The notes under the pieces were generated by a model. That model was not told the DNA's origin, made no database searches, and was given only the letters and a program-made list of their open reading frames with translations. Positions 19,632 through 30,614 of a DNA stretch of 64,000 nt are shown here, one piece after another. The DNA is from an uncultured delta proteobacterium. Lineage in GTDB: Bacteria > Desulfobacterota > Desulfuromonadia > Desulfuromonadales > JACZKF01. The stretch lies in contig CAWFKQ010000009.1 of assembly GCA_963816395.1 (NCBI GenBank), positions 288,001 to 352,000 on the forward strand, given 5' to 3'. Made by a program: the position numbers and the translations under genes. Each line of letters begins with the position of its first letter. Position 1 is the first letter of the stretch.

Positions 19632-22325
19632 CACTGATAGGCCTTGAATCCTTCGAGAATCTGGCGGAAATTCTTCGGTGCGTACTTTTTGAAGCCTTCC
19701 ATCGTCTACATAGGCAGAATGCGTACTTCACTGCCGATTGCAAGGCATTGAGATCCTCGCACCATTGGCGCAGCCGGGCCATTTTCCGGGGGACATTCTC
19801 ATCCACCTGTCCTTTGGTTTCGACGACCACGATTCGGCCATCGGTCCAGCTTCACCAGAAAATCAGGGTAGTAATTGGAGATGTCGCCGTCGGCCTTGAC
19901 ATAGTCCAGTTTGAAATGTACCGCAAGGTAGTTTTTGGCGTAGGACACGACGTCGCTGCAATCCTCCAGAAAACTGGCGAAGCGAAGCTCGAAAGGGCTG
20001 TCGCCGATAACGCGGTTGAAGACGCTCTTCTTCGCCATCAGATAGCCCTGGTCTTTGCACGACAAAGGGGCGGGTCTGGCGCAGCTTGATGGTATCGCGG
20101 ATCTCCGCGTCCCCCTTGGCACGCACAGTCAGCTCGTTGATTGCCTTCTTGAAGGATTCGATAACGTGTTTTCGTGGCGGCCAGTTCCGAGAGATTGCGC
20201 AGGGTATTTGGGTCAACTCGAGATCGACCGTTCGATCCGAACAGCGCATCCCGCACGAACGTCTTGATCTTGCCGTACAGCACATCGTAACCGCTGACCA
20301 GTCGTAATTCCTTCATGATCGTCTGGGCAAAATAGCCGATAACGCTGCGGTAGTCGGCCACCCCCGCACTGTCCAGAATCGTAGTGTGGGTGATATCGCC
20401 GGTGGTGATGTCCTTGAACACGATTTCGCGCTGCTCCTCCTCGCTGAACTGCCGGTAGAGCAGCGCCTGGTGAAAGGCATCGCTCCGGTGTCCAGATCGG
20501 CGAGATTTTTGTACTCGCGATAGATGCGCGGCGAAAGGACCGGGATGGCGATATCCAGCTTGTCGAGATCCTTCTTGTCATTGTCGATATCGACCTCGAT
20601 CACCAGCGGCGTCTTTGCCTCGGTTCCCTGGCCCATCGCCTTGCGCTCCAGCTCGACCCCCTCGGCCTGGATCGACTCGACGAACTCCATGAAGGCGTCG
20701 GTGCCAACCACGCTGACGTATTCCTCGACGTCGCCGGGATACATCTTGCGCAGCCCCCGCCCCAGGGTCTGCTCGGGGAGAATGTTGCTCTTGGCAGCGT
20801 AGGCACGCAGACCGACGATGGTCGTCACGTTGCGCACGTCCCAGCCTTCCTTGAGCATCAAAACCGAGACGATCGCCTTGTAGGGGCTTTCCATCGAATC
20901 GATGTCGTTGGCCTGCTTGCGCAGCTTTTCCAGCTCTTCCTTGGCTTTACCCGAGGCCGCCTCGGAAATCTCGCCGTTGTTCTTGGTGTGAATCACCAGC
21001 ACAGTGTCCTTGCAGAGTCCGGGATAATTGCCGCGTAGATACTCAGCCACATCGTCGCAGTTGCGGGTGTCATCGGTCATGATGAAGAGGATGGCCTTCT
21101 TGCCGAGCTTCTCGATGCTCGTCGTAGGCCTTGCGCCACTCGATCACTCCCAGGTCAAGATAATCGGCGTACTTTTCGGTGTACTTGGCGCTCTGCCGTT
21201 CCTGGAGCTTGGCGCGGCTGGCGGCATCGGGAAGAACCGGATGCTTGACCACATTCTGCCAGATCGCTTCGACCAGCGGGTAGTCGGTCACGGTCTGCAC
21301 GAAGATGGCGCCATTGTTGTGCTTCGGCGTCGCCGTCACGTCAAGTTGCAGGGAGAGGGCATCCCCCTTCTGCAACAGCCGATTGTGGATGTCCTGAATC
21401 GACTGGAACCAGGCCAGCTTCGCGTCGTGGATGTGGTGCGCCTCGTCGTTGAGGACCATCAGCTCGTCGATGTCGCGCACGATCATCCCAAGATCGACCT
21501 TGGAATCGGTGGTCGCGCCGCTCGGCCGCTTGCCGAGGAAGTAATCCATCGTGTTTTCGTCGTCCGGCGATGGCGGGATCTCCTCACCGGAATAGACACG
21601 GTGGATGTTGGTCAGGAAGATGTTGCCGACCGGACGTGTCACCCGCACCTCGTCCTGGATGTGCAGGGTGAGCTGGAAATCGTCCCGCCAGTTGCGGCCA
21701 TCGAAGCCGTTGTCGGGAATCACCGGATCTTCGAAGAAGATGCGCAGCCCCTGGAAGTCTTTATAGATCCGGTCGAGCACGATGATGTTGGGGGCAATCA
21801 CCAGGAAGTTGCGCGACAGCAGTTGAATCCGGCTCGTAGAGCTTGTGGATAAAAACTCCACGCCAGCGCCAGGCTTAGCACCTTGGTCTTGCCGCTGCCT
21901 GTGGCCATTTTCACCACGTAGCGCCGCCAGCTCTCGTCGAACATCCTGGCCGAAACCGCGCCGCTGCCGTCAAAGCGCATCAGATCGAACTTGTCTTTGG
22001 CCCCGACCACATCGTAGAGATAGACGATCGTCTCCAACGCCTCGCGCTGGGCGAAGAAGTAGCGGAACTCGGCGGTCGTGCCGTCGAACCGCTCCTGCAG
22101 GTGCGGCTCCTTGAACCACCAGTTCAGCAGGCTCTTGCTGGTCTCGGTCGCACCAACATAGCCGCCGTCGCGAAACTCCTTGACCTTGCGCCGCAGCTGC
22201 GACACCAGCGGCGGCATGAGCTTGTCCATGCCGGTTTCGCGCAGCGCCTCGTCGGCCGGGAACCAGCGGACCTCGGGATTGAGAATCGCGTAGGGCGAAT
22301 CGGGGAAGTCAGGATGAAGCGCCAT
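19631..22325 (-). CDS. res: Type III restriction endonuclease Res subunit (many frameshifts)
   Basis: Fragments in order: KMATGSGKT (Walker A), NDEAHH, TATP, LKEGWD, QTLGRGLR, YYPDF, VETKG nuclease; stop TGA at 19631-19633. Confidence 0.85.
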
Positions 22326-23146
22326 TACTTCTTCTCTCCTAGCTTTTTCACGCCGAGATCTTTGGTCAGCAGTCGCATTTGACTGATGGCGATGTCGTTG
22401 AGTTTTTTCAGCCGCTCCGCTTGCGGCAACCCTTCGTGAATGAAGAGTGCATTCAGATTCTCCAGGTTGGAAAGGCAGATAAGCTGGGCGACATTCACTT
22501 CATCGCGGACATTCCCCTTCTCCCCCGGATTCGCATCACGCCATTGTTTTGCCGTCATGCCGAACAGCGCCATGTTCAGCACATCGGCCTCGGCGGCATA
22601 AACCAAGCTTATCTGCTTCGGGGTCAGTGTTGGAGGGATCAGGTTTTCTTTGACCGCATCGGTGTGGATGCGATAGTTGATCTTCGCCAGATTGCGCTTG
22701 ATATCCCACCCGAGCTGCGCCTGTTCCGACTCTTTGAGCCGTTGAAACTCCTTGATGAGATAGAGTTTGAACTCAACGGAAATCCACGAAGCGAACTCGA
22801 AAGCAATGTCCTTGTGCGCGTATGTTCCGCCATAACGCCCCGATTTCGATAGGATGCCGATGGCGTTGGTGGCTTCTATCCACTGTTTCGGCGTCAGGAC
22901 AAAACTGTTGAGACCCGCCCTGTTTCTAAACCCCTCGAATTCGAGGGGTTTAAATACCGGGTTGTTCAGGTGTTCCCAGATGCCCAGAAATTCGACCGTA
23001 TTCCGATTTCGAATCCAGTTCTGGATGACGTGGTCGGTCCGCTCCGGCTCTTTGTGACGCGCAATGTCGGTCAGCGAAATATAGTCGCTTGCCTCTCCGC
23101 CCAGCACCCTGACTTCACTCCCCTTCACATCGAGTTTCCTGTTCAT
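22325..23146 (-). CDS. KilA-N domain DNA-binding protein
   Basis: DYISLTDIAR, NWIRNRNTVEFLG.WE, SGRYGGTYAHKDIAFEFASWIS, LAKINYRIHTDA. Confidence 0.9.
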   Translation of the reverse strand: MNRKLDVKGSEVRVLGGEASDYISLTDIARHKEPERTDHVIQNWIRNRNTVEFLGIWEHLNNPVFKPLEFEGFRNRAGLNSFVLTPKQWIEATNAIGILSKSGRYGGTYAHKDIAFEFASWISVEFKLYLIKEFQRLKESEQAQLGWDIKRNLAKINYRIHTDAVKENLIPPTLTPKQISLVYAAEADVLNMALFGMTAKQWRDANPGEKGNVRDEVNVAQLICLSNLENLNALFIHEGLPQAERLKKLNDIAISQMRLLTKDLGVKKLGEKK

Positions 23147-23182
23147 GGCTCCCCCTCACTAATTATGGCGAATTCGCCGCAA

Positions 23183-24960
23183 TTAAACCGACACCTCGAC
23201 AATGGTCATGGTGTCGTTGCCGAAGATATCGACCACCTTCACCGCGATCTTGCGCCGGCCCGGCGGGCATGCCGCGCGCCTCGTCGAGGACGTTGGGGAA
23301 AAGCCCCATCTCGAACTCGAAACCGAGGATATCGACCTTGGTGATGTGCTTCTTGCGGCACTCCAGGATGATCTCCTCGACGAAGAGCCGCGTCACCGGC
23401 AGGTTGACCGGCCCCACCGCCACCAGCCGCCCGGCGCGCTTGCCGTGGAAGGAGGCGAAATTCTCCACTTTTTCCGCCCGGTAGGCGCGCAGGATCAGGT
23501 CGAGAAAGGCCGCCTCCTTGGCGGCGAGCTGCTGCTGTTTCTGCTCTTCGCGCAGGTCGGGATTGACGCCGATGTAGTGCTGGCGCTCGTACTTGCCGAG
23601 ATTGAGGATCTCGAAGGCGCGGTAGTCCTTCCCCTCGCCCTTCAGCTGCCGCTGCACGCCGATCATCCGCTTGCGGGTGGTGTGGATTCCGAACTTGCCG
23701 AGATCGGTGGCGATCCACTTGCGGCCGAGCTTCTCCGCTACCGCCGCCGTGGTCCCCGAGCCGCAGAAGAAGTCGGCGATCAGGTCGCCTTCGTTGGACG
23801 AGGCTTGGATGATACGTTCGAGGAGGGCTTCGGGTTTTTGGGTGGGATAGTCGATCCGTTCACCAGCTGAGGAGTTCAAAGCCGAAAACTCATTCCATAC
23901 ATCATGTATTGCCACGCCCTTGAGTTCGTTAAGCGGAGTTTTCAGGCGTGGCTTTCCACCCTTGGAGAAAGCAATCCTTCCACGCGCCATCAAGTCGTCA
24001 ATGCCGGCTTGATCATATGCCCAATGTCTCCCGGGAGGTGGTTGAATGCTTTCGCCGTTAAAAGTCCGAGCAGGGCCTGAACCTGCACCAGTGAGGTCGG
24101 ACAGCCGATAAATCGTGCCATCTCCTTCTGTCAAGAAATCATGACCACGTGCATTGTCTTCTGTTTGGGGGACTGTTGGAGGCGACCAAATGATCCGATC
24201 AGTTTTAGAGTAAAAATAAATTAGGTCATGTACTCGTCCTAATTGATTTACCCCTTTCCGGCTGCTTGTTCTCTGCCAAACAATTTCGTTTCTGAAGTAG
24301 TCTGGTCCAAAAATTTCATTCATCGCCAAGCGGATGAAGGCATTTACACGCGGATCGCAATGCACATAAATACTCCCATCCTCCGCCAGCAGATCCCGCA
24401 TCAGCACCAGACGCTCGTGGATCATGGCGATGAAGGAGTCAGCCCCCTTCCCCCAGGTGTCGCGATAGGCGATCTCTTCGAGGATGTTCGGCTTCTTGGT
24501 AAAAGTGTCGCCGCCGATCTCGATGTCCATGGAGAAGTCGGCGCCGACGTCGAAGGGCGGGTCGATGTAGATGAGCTTGAGGCCGCCCTGCTTCTCGATC
24601 TCCTCGCGCAGGGGGCCGTTCTTCAGGACTGGAGAGGATCAGCTTGTTGTCCCCCCAGATCAGCTTGTTGGTCCAGCCCTTGAGCTGCCGGCCGCGACCA
24701 TCCAGCGAAATTCCACCCCAACGAAACAGGGGATCGTCCAGCTTGGTCTCCTCCGGCTTCTCGGCGCGCGGCTCGTCGACCTGTTCGATGGTCTGAAAGG
24801 GGAGAACGATGTTGCAGACCTCGCCGGTCTTGCCGCTCCAGACCAGCTCCACCTCGCGCTTGTCGCCGAAGAGGAGAAAGCGGTACTTCTCCGGCAGCGG
24901 CTTGTCCGCCTCGAGGAAGCGGACGATTTCCTGCTTCTCCTGCTCACTCAGCCGCAGCAT
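23183..24960 (-). CDS. mod: Type III Mod DNA methyltransferase, beta class (frameshift near 24630, apparent deletion near 23270)
   Basis: NKLIWGDN, IYIDPPF, GSIYVHCD, YPTQKPE.LLERII, DFFCGSGTT; last residues RRKIAVKVVDIFGNDTMTIVEVSV* lie in another frame. Confidence 0.85.
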
Positions 24961-27119
24961 TTATCTATCCCCCTCCTGCAAACGCGCCACATAGGCGCCG
25001 AAACTGTGCCCGGCGATCATGACCATCAGCGGAATTTCTGTCAGTGGCACGGTCTCGTCGGCGACCGCCTCGGCCACCAGAACCATCTGCTCCCAGGGGA
25101 CCGGCGGCTTCTTTGCTGATTTGAGCCAGAGGGCGGCCAGCACCAGGCGCTCCAGCCACTGAGGCCGGCGCGGCTGGAGGATCTTGTCCAGGATCGCCGT
25201 CACACAGCGCTCGGGCTCGGGGTAGCGCTTCTTCCCCTGGGCCTTTTTCACTACGGCGTCGACCTCGGCGTCGTCCTCGAACCACGAGTGAGCAAAGGGC
25301 TGATCTTCCGGCCAGTCCCCGGATGCCTCCAGTGCCTGCAGCCGGTAGCTCTCGCCGGCGAAGCGGCCGCCCCGGCGTTCCAGTTCGGCGCGCAGCCCGG
25401 CAAGTTCAGCGGCGGCATCCAAGGGCACCGCCTTCCACTGATCGCAGCCAAGGCGCTCGGCGATGGCCACCAGCCAGTGGCAGGGGACCTTGTCGTGGCT
25501 GGCGCCGTCGGCGAGGGCCTGGCAGATGCGCCGGTGCAGGTAGTCGGCCGATACCTCCACCGCGCCGGTCTCGCGGCGCAGCATGGCGAGAAATTCGCTG
25601 CGCTCGCGCTTGCCGGCCAGGGGGACCAGGAAGGCGTCGGCGACGCCGGAGCCTTTCTTGGGCATGATCGAGCAGCAGAGGAAACCTTTCCCCTCCGGCA
25701 CCAGCACCTGAAAGGTCTGGGCCATCGCCCCGTCGACGGCGCTGGCGTAGACGGTCGTCGCCACCCGCTTGGGCAGTGGAGCGCATTCCACCCTCGCTTT
25801 GCGGGCGTTGGCCACTGCCAGGTCGATCCGGACGCGCAGCGCCTCGGGGAACCAGTTGCGGGCCACGATCAGTCGCCGCAGACTCGCCGGAGTCAGCGCC
25901 AGGCCGTCGAACTCGGCCAGCGCCTGCGCCACCCCGGCACGGACTTCGGCCTGCGGATGGAAGAGCATCAGCGCCGCCGCCTCGCGGATCGTCGGGTGTT
26001 CGGCCCCAGCATCAGCCGGCAAAGATTGACCTGCACCTCGACGTTCCCCACGGCCATCATCTGCAATATCGCTTCGAAAAATTCGTGGGGAGTGCCGGCG
26101 CCCTCTTCTTCCAACTCTTCCAGCAGTCCGCGCATCGCCTGTTCGGGGTCGGCGACGAAATCGGGATCGGCATCGAGCCCGGCTAGCATGCGCCGGTTGT
26201 TGGCCTCATGCAGCACTGGCAGTATCTCAATGCGGGCGCCGAGCAGTTCCTGGGTCACCATGGCGCCGAGTTGGGGCTCGACCCCTTGGGCGAAAACGTG
26301 CCGGGCCAGAGCTTTCTGCCAGCGTTCCATGCGCCGCGCCGCCTCCGGCCGCCGCCGCTCCAGGTCGACCCGCAGGATTTCCAGAACGTCGCGCAGCAGC
26401 CGCAACGCCGCTTCGAGTCGTGCGTCCTCGTTATCCTGGTCGAAACAGGCGACAAGTTGTCCGGCCAGATCCTCGGCAGCCAGCTCCTGGGCATGGAGGT
26501 AGTCGCGCAGTTCCGTTTGCCGAGCACCGTGGAGTTCGAAGGGGATTTCGTCAAGATAGCGTTCGACCCAGCTAGCCATCCCTTCCACGGCCGGCGAATC
26601 CTGCGGTTTCCTGCGCCGGCCGACCGGCGGGGTGCGGGCGGCTGCCTTGAGCAGGCTCTCAAAGGCACCGAAGGGGTTTTCCCCTTCCGGCGGTTTGATG
26701 ACGCGTTCCACCGTCCCCGGCTTCGGAAAGGGTTCGCCTCGATAGGCATGCCCGTCCATCTTCTTGCGTACCTGTTTGTACCTCCGATGCATCCCCTTGA
26801 GCCAGTCGGGATTATCGTTGATCGCCTCGACGAAGATCTGCAACAGGTCCTCGGCGCCCGCTGCCTGTTTTTCCGATGCGTTGAGGAATGGTCCGGCTAG
26901 AGGTTCATCGGGGTCGAAACCGAATTCTATCGTCGCCAGGCGTTTTCCTTTGCTGTTGGCGACCAGGATCGCGGTGCGCCGGCAGTCGCACCCCTCTTCC
27001 ACGCAATAGGCTTCGATAAAGGCGTACTCTCCGGCTTTCGCCTTGCCTGCCTTGCGCGGCAGAGAGAGACCGACGACCCCCTCCTCGGCATCGGGAAAAA
27101 GCAGCGGATAAGGGACCAT
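24961..27119 (-). CDS. Uncharacterised ~720-aa protein (frameshift near 26010)
   Basis: Two abutting long ORFs (25968..27119 and 24961..26022); N-terminal YC...GCDCRR Cys motif; stop TAA directly precedes mod ATG. Confidence 0.7.
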
Positions 27120-27147
27120 GCCAGGGAAATCGTCGAATTCTTCATGT

Positions 27148-28228
27148 TCAATAAACCTTCAACTCCCGATACAGCGTATCCCGCTCGACCGGCACCTTCC
27201 CCGCCTTGCGGATGAGGGCGACGATCTGCTCCTTGCCGAGGGCCTGCGGGGAGTCGGCGCCGGCGTCGTGGCCGATCTTCTCCTCGACCACCGTGCCGTC
27301 GAGGTCGTTGACGCCGAAGGCGAGGCCGACCTGGGCGATCTTCAGGCCGAGCATCACCCAGTAACCCTTGATGTGGCGGAAGTTGTCCAGGTAGATGCGG
27401 CTGATCGCCAGAGTCTTCAGAGCGTCGACGCCGCCGACTCCCTTCGCCCCCGGCACCCGCGTGTTGTCCGGCTGGAAAGCGAGGGGAATGAAGGCCTGGA
27501 AACCGCCGGTGGCATCCTGCAGGGCGCGCAGGCGGGCGAGGTGGTCGACCCGGTCGGCGTACTCTTCCAGGTGGCCGAAGAGCATGGTGGCGTTGGTCTT
27601 CAGGCCGCTGCGATGCACCGTCTCGATGACCTCCAGCCAGCGCTCGCCGGAGATCTTCTCCGGACAGATTTTGTCGCGCACCCGCTGCGCCAGGATCTCC
27701 GCGCCGCCGCCCGGCATGGAGCCGAGGCCGGCCGCCTTGAGCTCGGCGATGACCTGCGCCACGCCCTGGCCGGTGAGGCGGGCGAAATAGTCGATCTCCA
27801 CGGCGGTGAAGGCCTTGATGTGCAGTCGGGGGTTGTCCGCCCGGATGGCGGCAAGCATCTCCAGGTAGAAATCGAAGGGGAGATCGGGATGCAGCCCCCC
27901 CACCATGTGGATCTCCGTCGCCCCGGCGGCACTCGCCTCCGCCGCCTTGGCCAGGATGTCGTTGAGGGCCAGGGTGTAGCACCCCTCGTCCTCCACCCCC
28001 TTGCTGAAGGCGCAGAAGGTGCAGCGGTTGACGCAGATGTTGGTGTAGTTGACGTGCCGGTTGACGTTGAAGTAAACCCGCTCGCCGTTCTGCCGGCGGT
28101 TGGCGAGGGCCGCCAGTTCGCCGATGGCCAGCAGGTCGTTCGATTGGAACAGGGCGAGGGCCTCGGCATCCGATGACCCGTTCGCCGGCTGTGATCTTGT
28201 CGCGAACCTGATCAAAGAGAGTGTTCAT
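27148..28228 (-). CDS. mqnE: Aminofutalosine synthase, radical SAM (frameshift near 28172)
   Basis: NRHVNYTNICVNRCTFCAF, EIHMVGGLHP, HIKAFTAVEI, TNATMLFGH, HIKGYWVM, DLDGTVVEEKI.H.AG. Confidence 0.9.
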
Positions 28229-28236
28229 GGTCTTCC

Positions 28237-28270
28237 AATTCAAAATTCAGCATTCAGAATTTAAAATTCC
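28237..28270. repeat. AT-rich heptamer tandem
   Basis: AATTCAA AATTCAG CATTCAG AATTTAA AATTCC. Confidence 0.65.
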
Positions 28271-28880
28271 CTACGCACTCCCGTCCTCTCCCCAGCGCTG
28301 GAACAGCTTGTGCGGGATCTTCAGGCTGTCGAGGATCTTCCCCACCATGTAGTCGACCAGGTCCTCCACCGATTTCGGCCGGTGATAGAAAGCGGGCATG
28401 GCCGGAATGATGCGAGCGCCGGCGCGGGCAAGGAGCAGCAGGTTTTCCAGGTGGATGGTGTTGAACGGGGTTTCCCGGGGGACCAGGAGAAGTTCGCGCC
28501 TCTCCTTGAGGATGACGTCGGCCGCTCTTTCCACCAGGTTGCTGCTGAGACCGGCGGCAAGGCGCCCGGTCGTCCCCATGGAGCACGGGACGACCACCAT
28601 TGCATCGGGCGCCGAGGAGCCGCTGGCGATCGGCGCGAACATGTCGGTCTCCCCGTAGTGCTCGAGCTTGCGGCTGCCGCCGAAATAATCGCGCATCAGC
28701 CCCTTGCGTTCGAAGGTGGTTCCCTCCCACTCCAGCCCCGTCTCGTAACGCAGCACGTCGAGCCCGGATTTGGTGAGCAGCAGGATCGACCCGGCAGTCG
28801 GCTCGCAGCAGCTCCTCGGTGAGCCGCAGCCCGTAAATGGCGCCGGAGGCGCCGGTGATGGCGACGACGATCTGTTTCAT
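28271..28880 (-). CDS. ubiX: Flavin prenyltransferase (frameshift near 28790)
   Basis: VAITGASGAIYG, APIASGS, PCSMGT, RAADV.LKERR, VPRETP, PAMPAFYHRP. Confidence 0.92.
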
Positions 28881-28965
28881 GGCTGAACCCCTTTCACCAC
28901 CCGCTCGCTGTATTCACTGGAGGCACGGGGATACGGAAAAAACTGGAGAACTTGAAGATCTTTTC

Positions 28966-29172
28966 TCACGTGACGACGCAACGACGCAACGTAATTCAAA
29001 GTCTTTGAAGAATCCTTTATGCACTGGCTCCAGTGACAGTCAGAGCCAAGAGCCGGCGAATGGATTCAGACAGATCAAGATGCGTGATCTGCGGATATTT
29101 TAACCAGATTCACAGGGTTTGGCCGTGACATGTCAGATTTTCGTCGCGGCATCGTCGCGTCGCCGCGCGAGA
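28966..29172. repeat. Octamer tandems (ACGACGCA)n and inverted counterpart about 150 bp apart
   Basis: GACGACGCAACGACGCAACG near 28972-28991; CGTCGCGGCATCGTCGCGTCGCCGCGCG near 29142-29169, flanking AT-rich DNA. Confidence 0.5.
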
Positions 29173-29192
29173 ATGCTTTTCAGGTTCTCCCC

Positions 29193-30065
29193 TCAGAGCA
29201 GCGCATCCATCAGGGTGAAGGCGAAGATGGTCACGCTGATGTAGCCGTTCATGTTGAAGAAGGCCGCGTCCAGCCGGGAGAGGTCGTCCGGCCGGACCAG
29301 CCGGTGCTCGTAGACGAGCAGGCCGCTGACCACCGCCACCCCGAGCAGGTAGATCCCGCCGAGGCCGGTTCCCAGCGGCAGCAGCAGCAGGAGCAGGACC
29401 ATTATCGCATGAAAGACCCGTACCAGCCGGATCGAGCCTGCCACCCCCAGCCTGGCGGGAATCGAGTGGAGCCCCCGGGCGCGGTCGAACTCCAGATCCT
29501 GCAGGGCGTAGAAGATGTCGAAGCCGGCCACCCAGAGCAGGACGGTCAGTCCCAGCACCAGGATCGGCCAGCCGACGTCGCCGCGCAGGGCGATCCAGGC
29601 GCCGATGGGAGCGGCGGCCAGGCAGACCCCCAGGACCAGGTGGGCGAGGGCGGTGAAACGTTTGCAGAAAGAGTAGAGAAAGAGGAAGAAAAGGGCCACC
29701 GGCGCCAGATAGAAGCACAGGGGGTTGAGCATCCAGGCGGCCAGCAGCAGCAGGGCGAAGGAGGCGGCGACGAACAGCCAGGCCTCCCGCCGCGAGACCT
29801 TGCCCGCCGGGATGTGCCGGCTGGCGGTGCGCGGGTTCTCGGCATCGATGCCGGCGTCGATGATGCGGTTCAGCCCCATGGCGCCGCTGCGCGCTCCGAC
29901 CATGGCCAGACAGATCCAGAGCACCTGGGCGCCCGTCGGCGGCGCCCCGCTGGCCATCGAGGCCAGCACCACTCCCATCAGGGCGAAGGGGAAGGCGAAG
30001 ACGGTATGGGAGAATTTGATCATCTCCAGCAGGGTGCGGGTTCTCTCCAGAACGGTAGCGGTCAT
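29193..30065 (-). CDS. ubiA: UbiA-like polyprenyltransferase (MqnP type)
   Basis: EMIKFSHTVFA.PFA, NRIID..ID.ENPRT..R.IP.G, YSFCKRFT, GFDI.YALQD, AFFNMNG. Confidence 0.92.
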   Translation of the reverse strand: MTATVLERTRTLLEMIKFSHTVFAFPFALMGVVLASMASGAPPTGAQVLWICLAMVGARSGAMGLNRIIDAGIDAENPRTASRHIPAGKVSRREAWLFVAASFALLLLAAWMLNPLCFYLAPVALFFLFLYSFCKRFTALAHLVLGVCLAAAPIGAWIALRGDVGWPILVLGLTVLLWVAGFDIFYALQDLEFDRARGLHSIPARLGVAGSIRLVRVFHAIMVLLLLLLPLGTGLGGIYLLGVAVVSGLLVYEHRLVRPDDLSRLDAAFFNMNGYISVTIFAFTLMDALL

Positions 30066-30333
30066 CTCTTCTGCCTCGCCGGAATCGGTCGCCTCATGAA
30101 TTCGCCAGTGTACACCGCCGGTCCGGGCGCGACAAGGGCTTTTGCCGCCGCGGGGACCTCAATGAAAGCTCCACCAGAAGCCGCCGCGGTACCCGGACGA
30201 TAAGAATAGCTGGAGGGAGCAGCGGCCGGTCATGGCGCAATTCTACCATTCACCGCCGGCCGTTCGCCAGTGGCCGGCGGGTTGCCATTTCCCTGCCGTT
30301 CGTCATACTTGGCTAGTAGGAAAGGAGACCGTC

Positions 30334-30600
30334 ATGGAGATAGGGAAGATTTTTACCTGTCAGGAATGCGACGCCAACATCGAGGTTGCGGACCTCTACA
30401 ATACCGATACCGTGGTTTGTCACAACTGCGGCCAGACCTACTCCCTGCGCTGGGTGGAGCGGGAGAAGGCTTACGATCTGCTGCCGGTGGAAGCGGTGGA
30501 GCCGGAAGCCCGCAACACGGCCGAGGAGGAAGAAGATGAGCCGTTCCGGGTGCTGGATGAGCCGGCCGGGCCGCGCGAGGACGATCTGGACAGGTACTGA
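30334..30600 (+). CDS. Small zinc-ribbon protein with acidic tail
   Basis: SD AAGGAG; CQEC...CHNCG; EEEEDE-rich C-terminus. Confidence 0.7.
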   Translation: MEIGKIFTCQECDANIEVADLYNTDTVVCHNCGQTYSLRWVEREKAYDLLPVEAVEPEARNTAEEEEDEPFRVLDEPAGPREDDLDRY

Positions 30601-30614
30601 AGGGCGGGAGCACG

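Noticed and set aside
23183..24960. Phase-variable mod (phasevarion)
   Set aside because: No simple-sequence repeat tract seen in mod; the break near 24630 is a single non-repeat base
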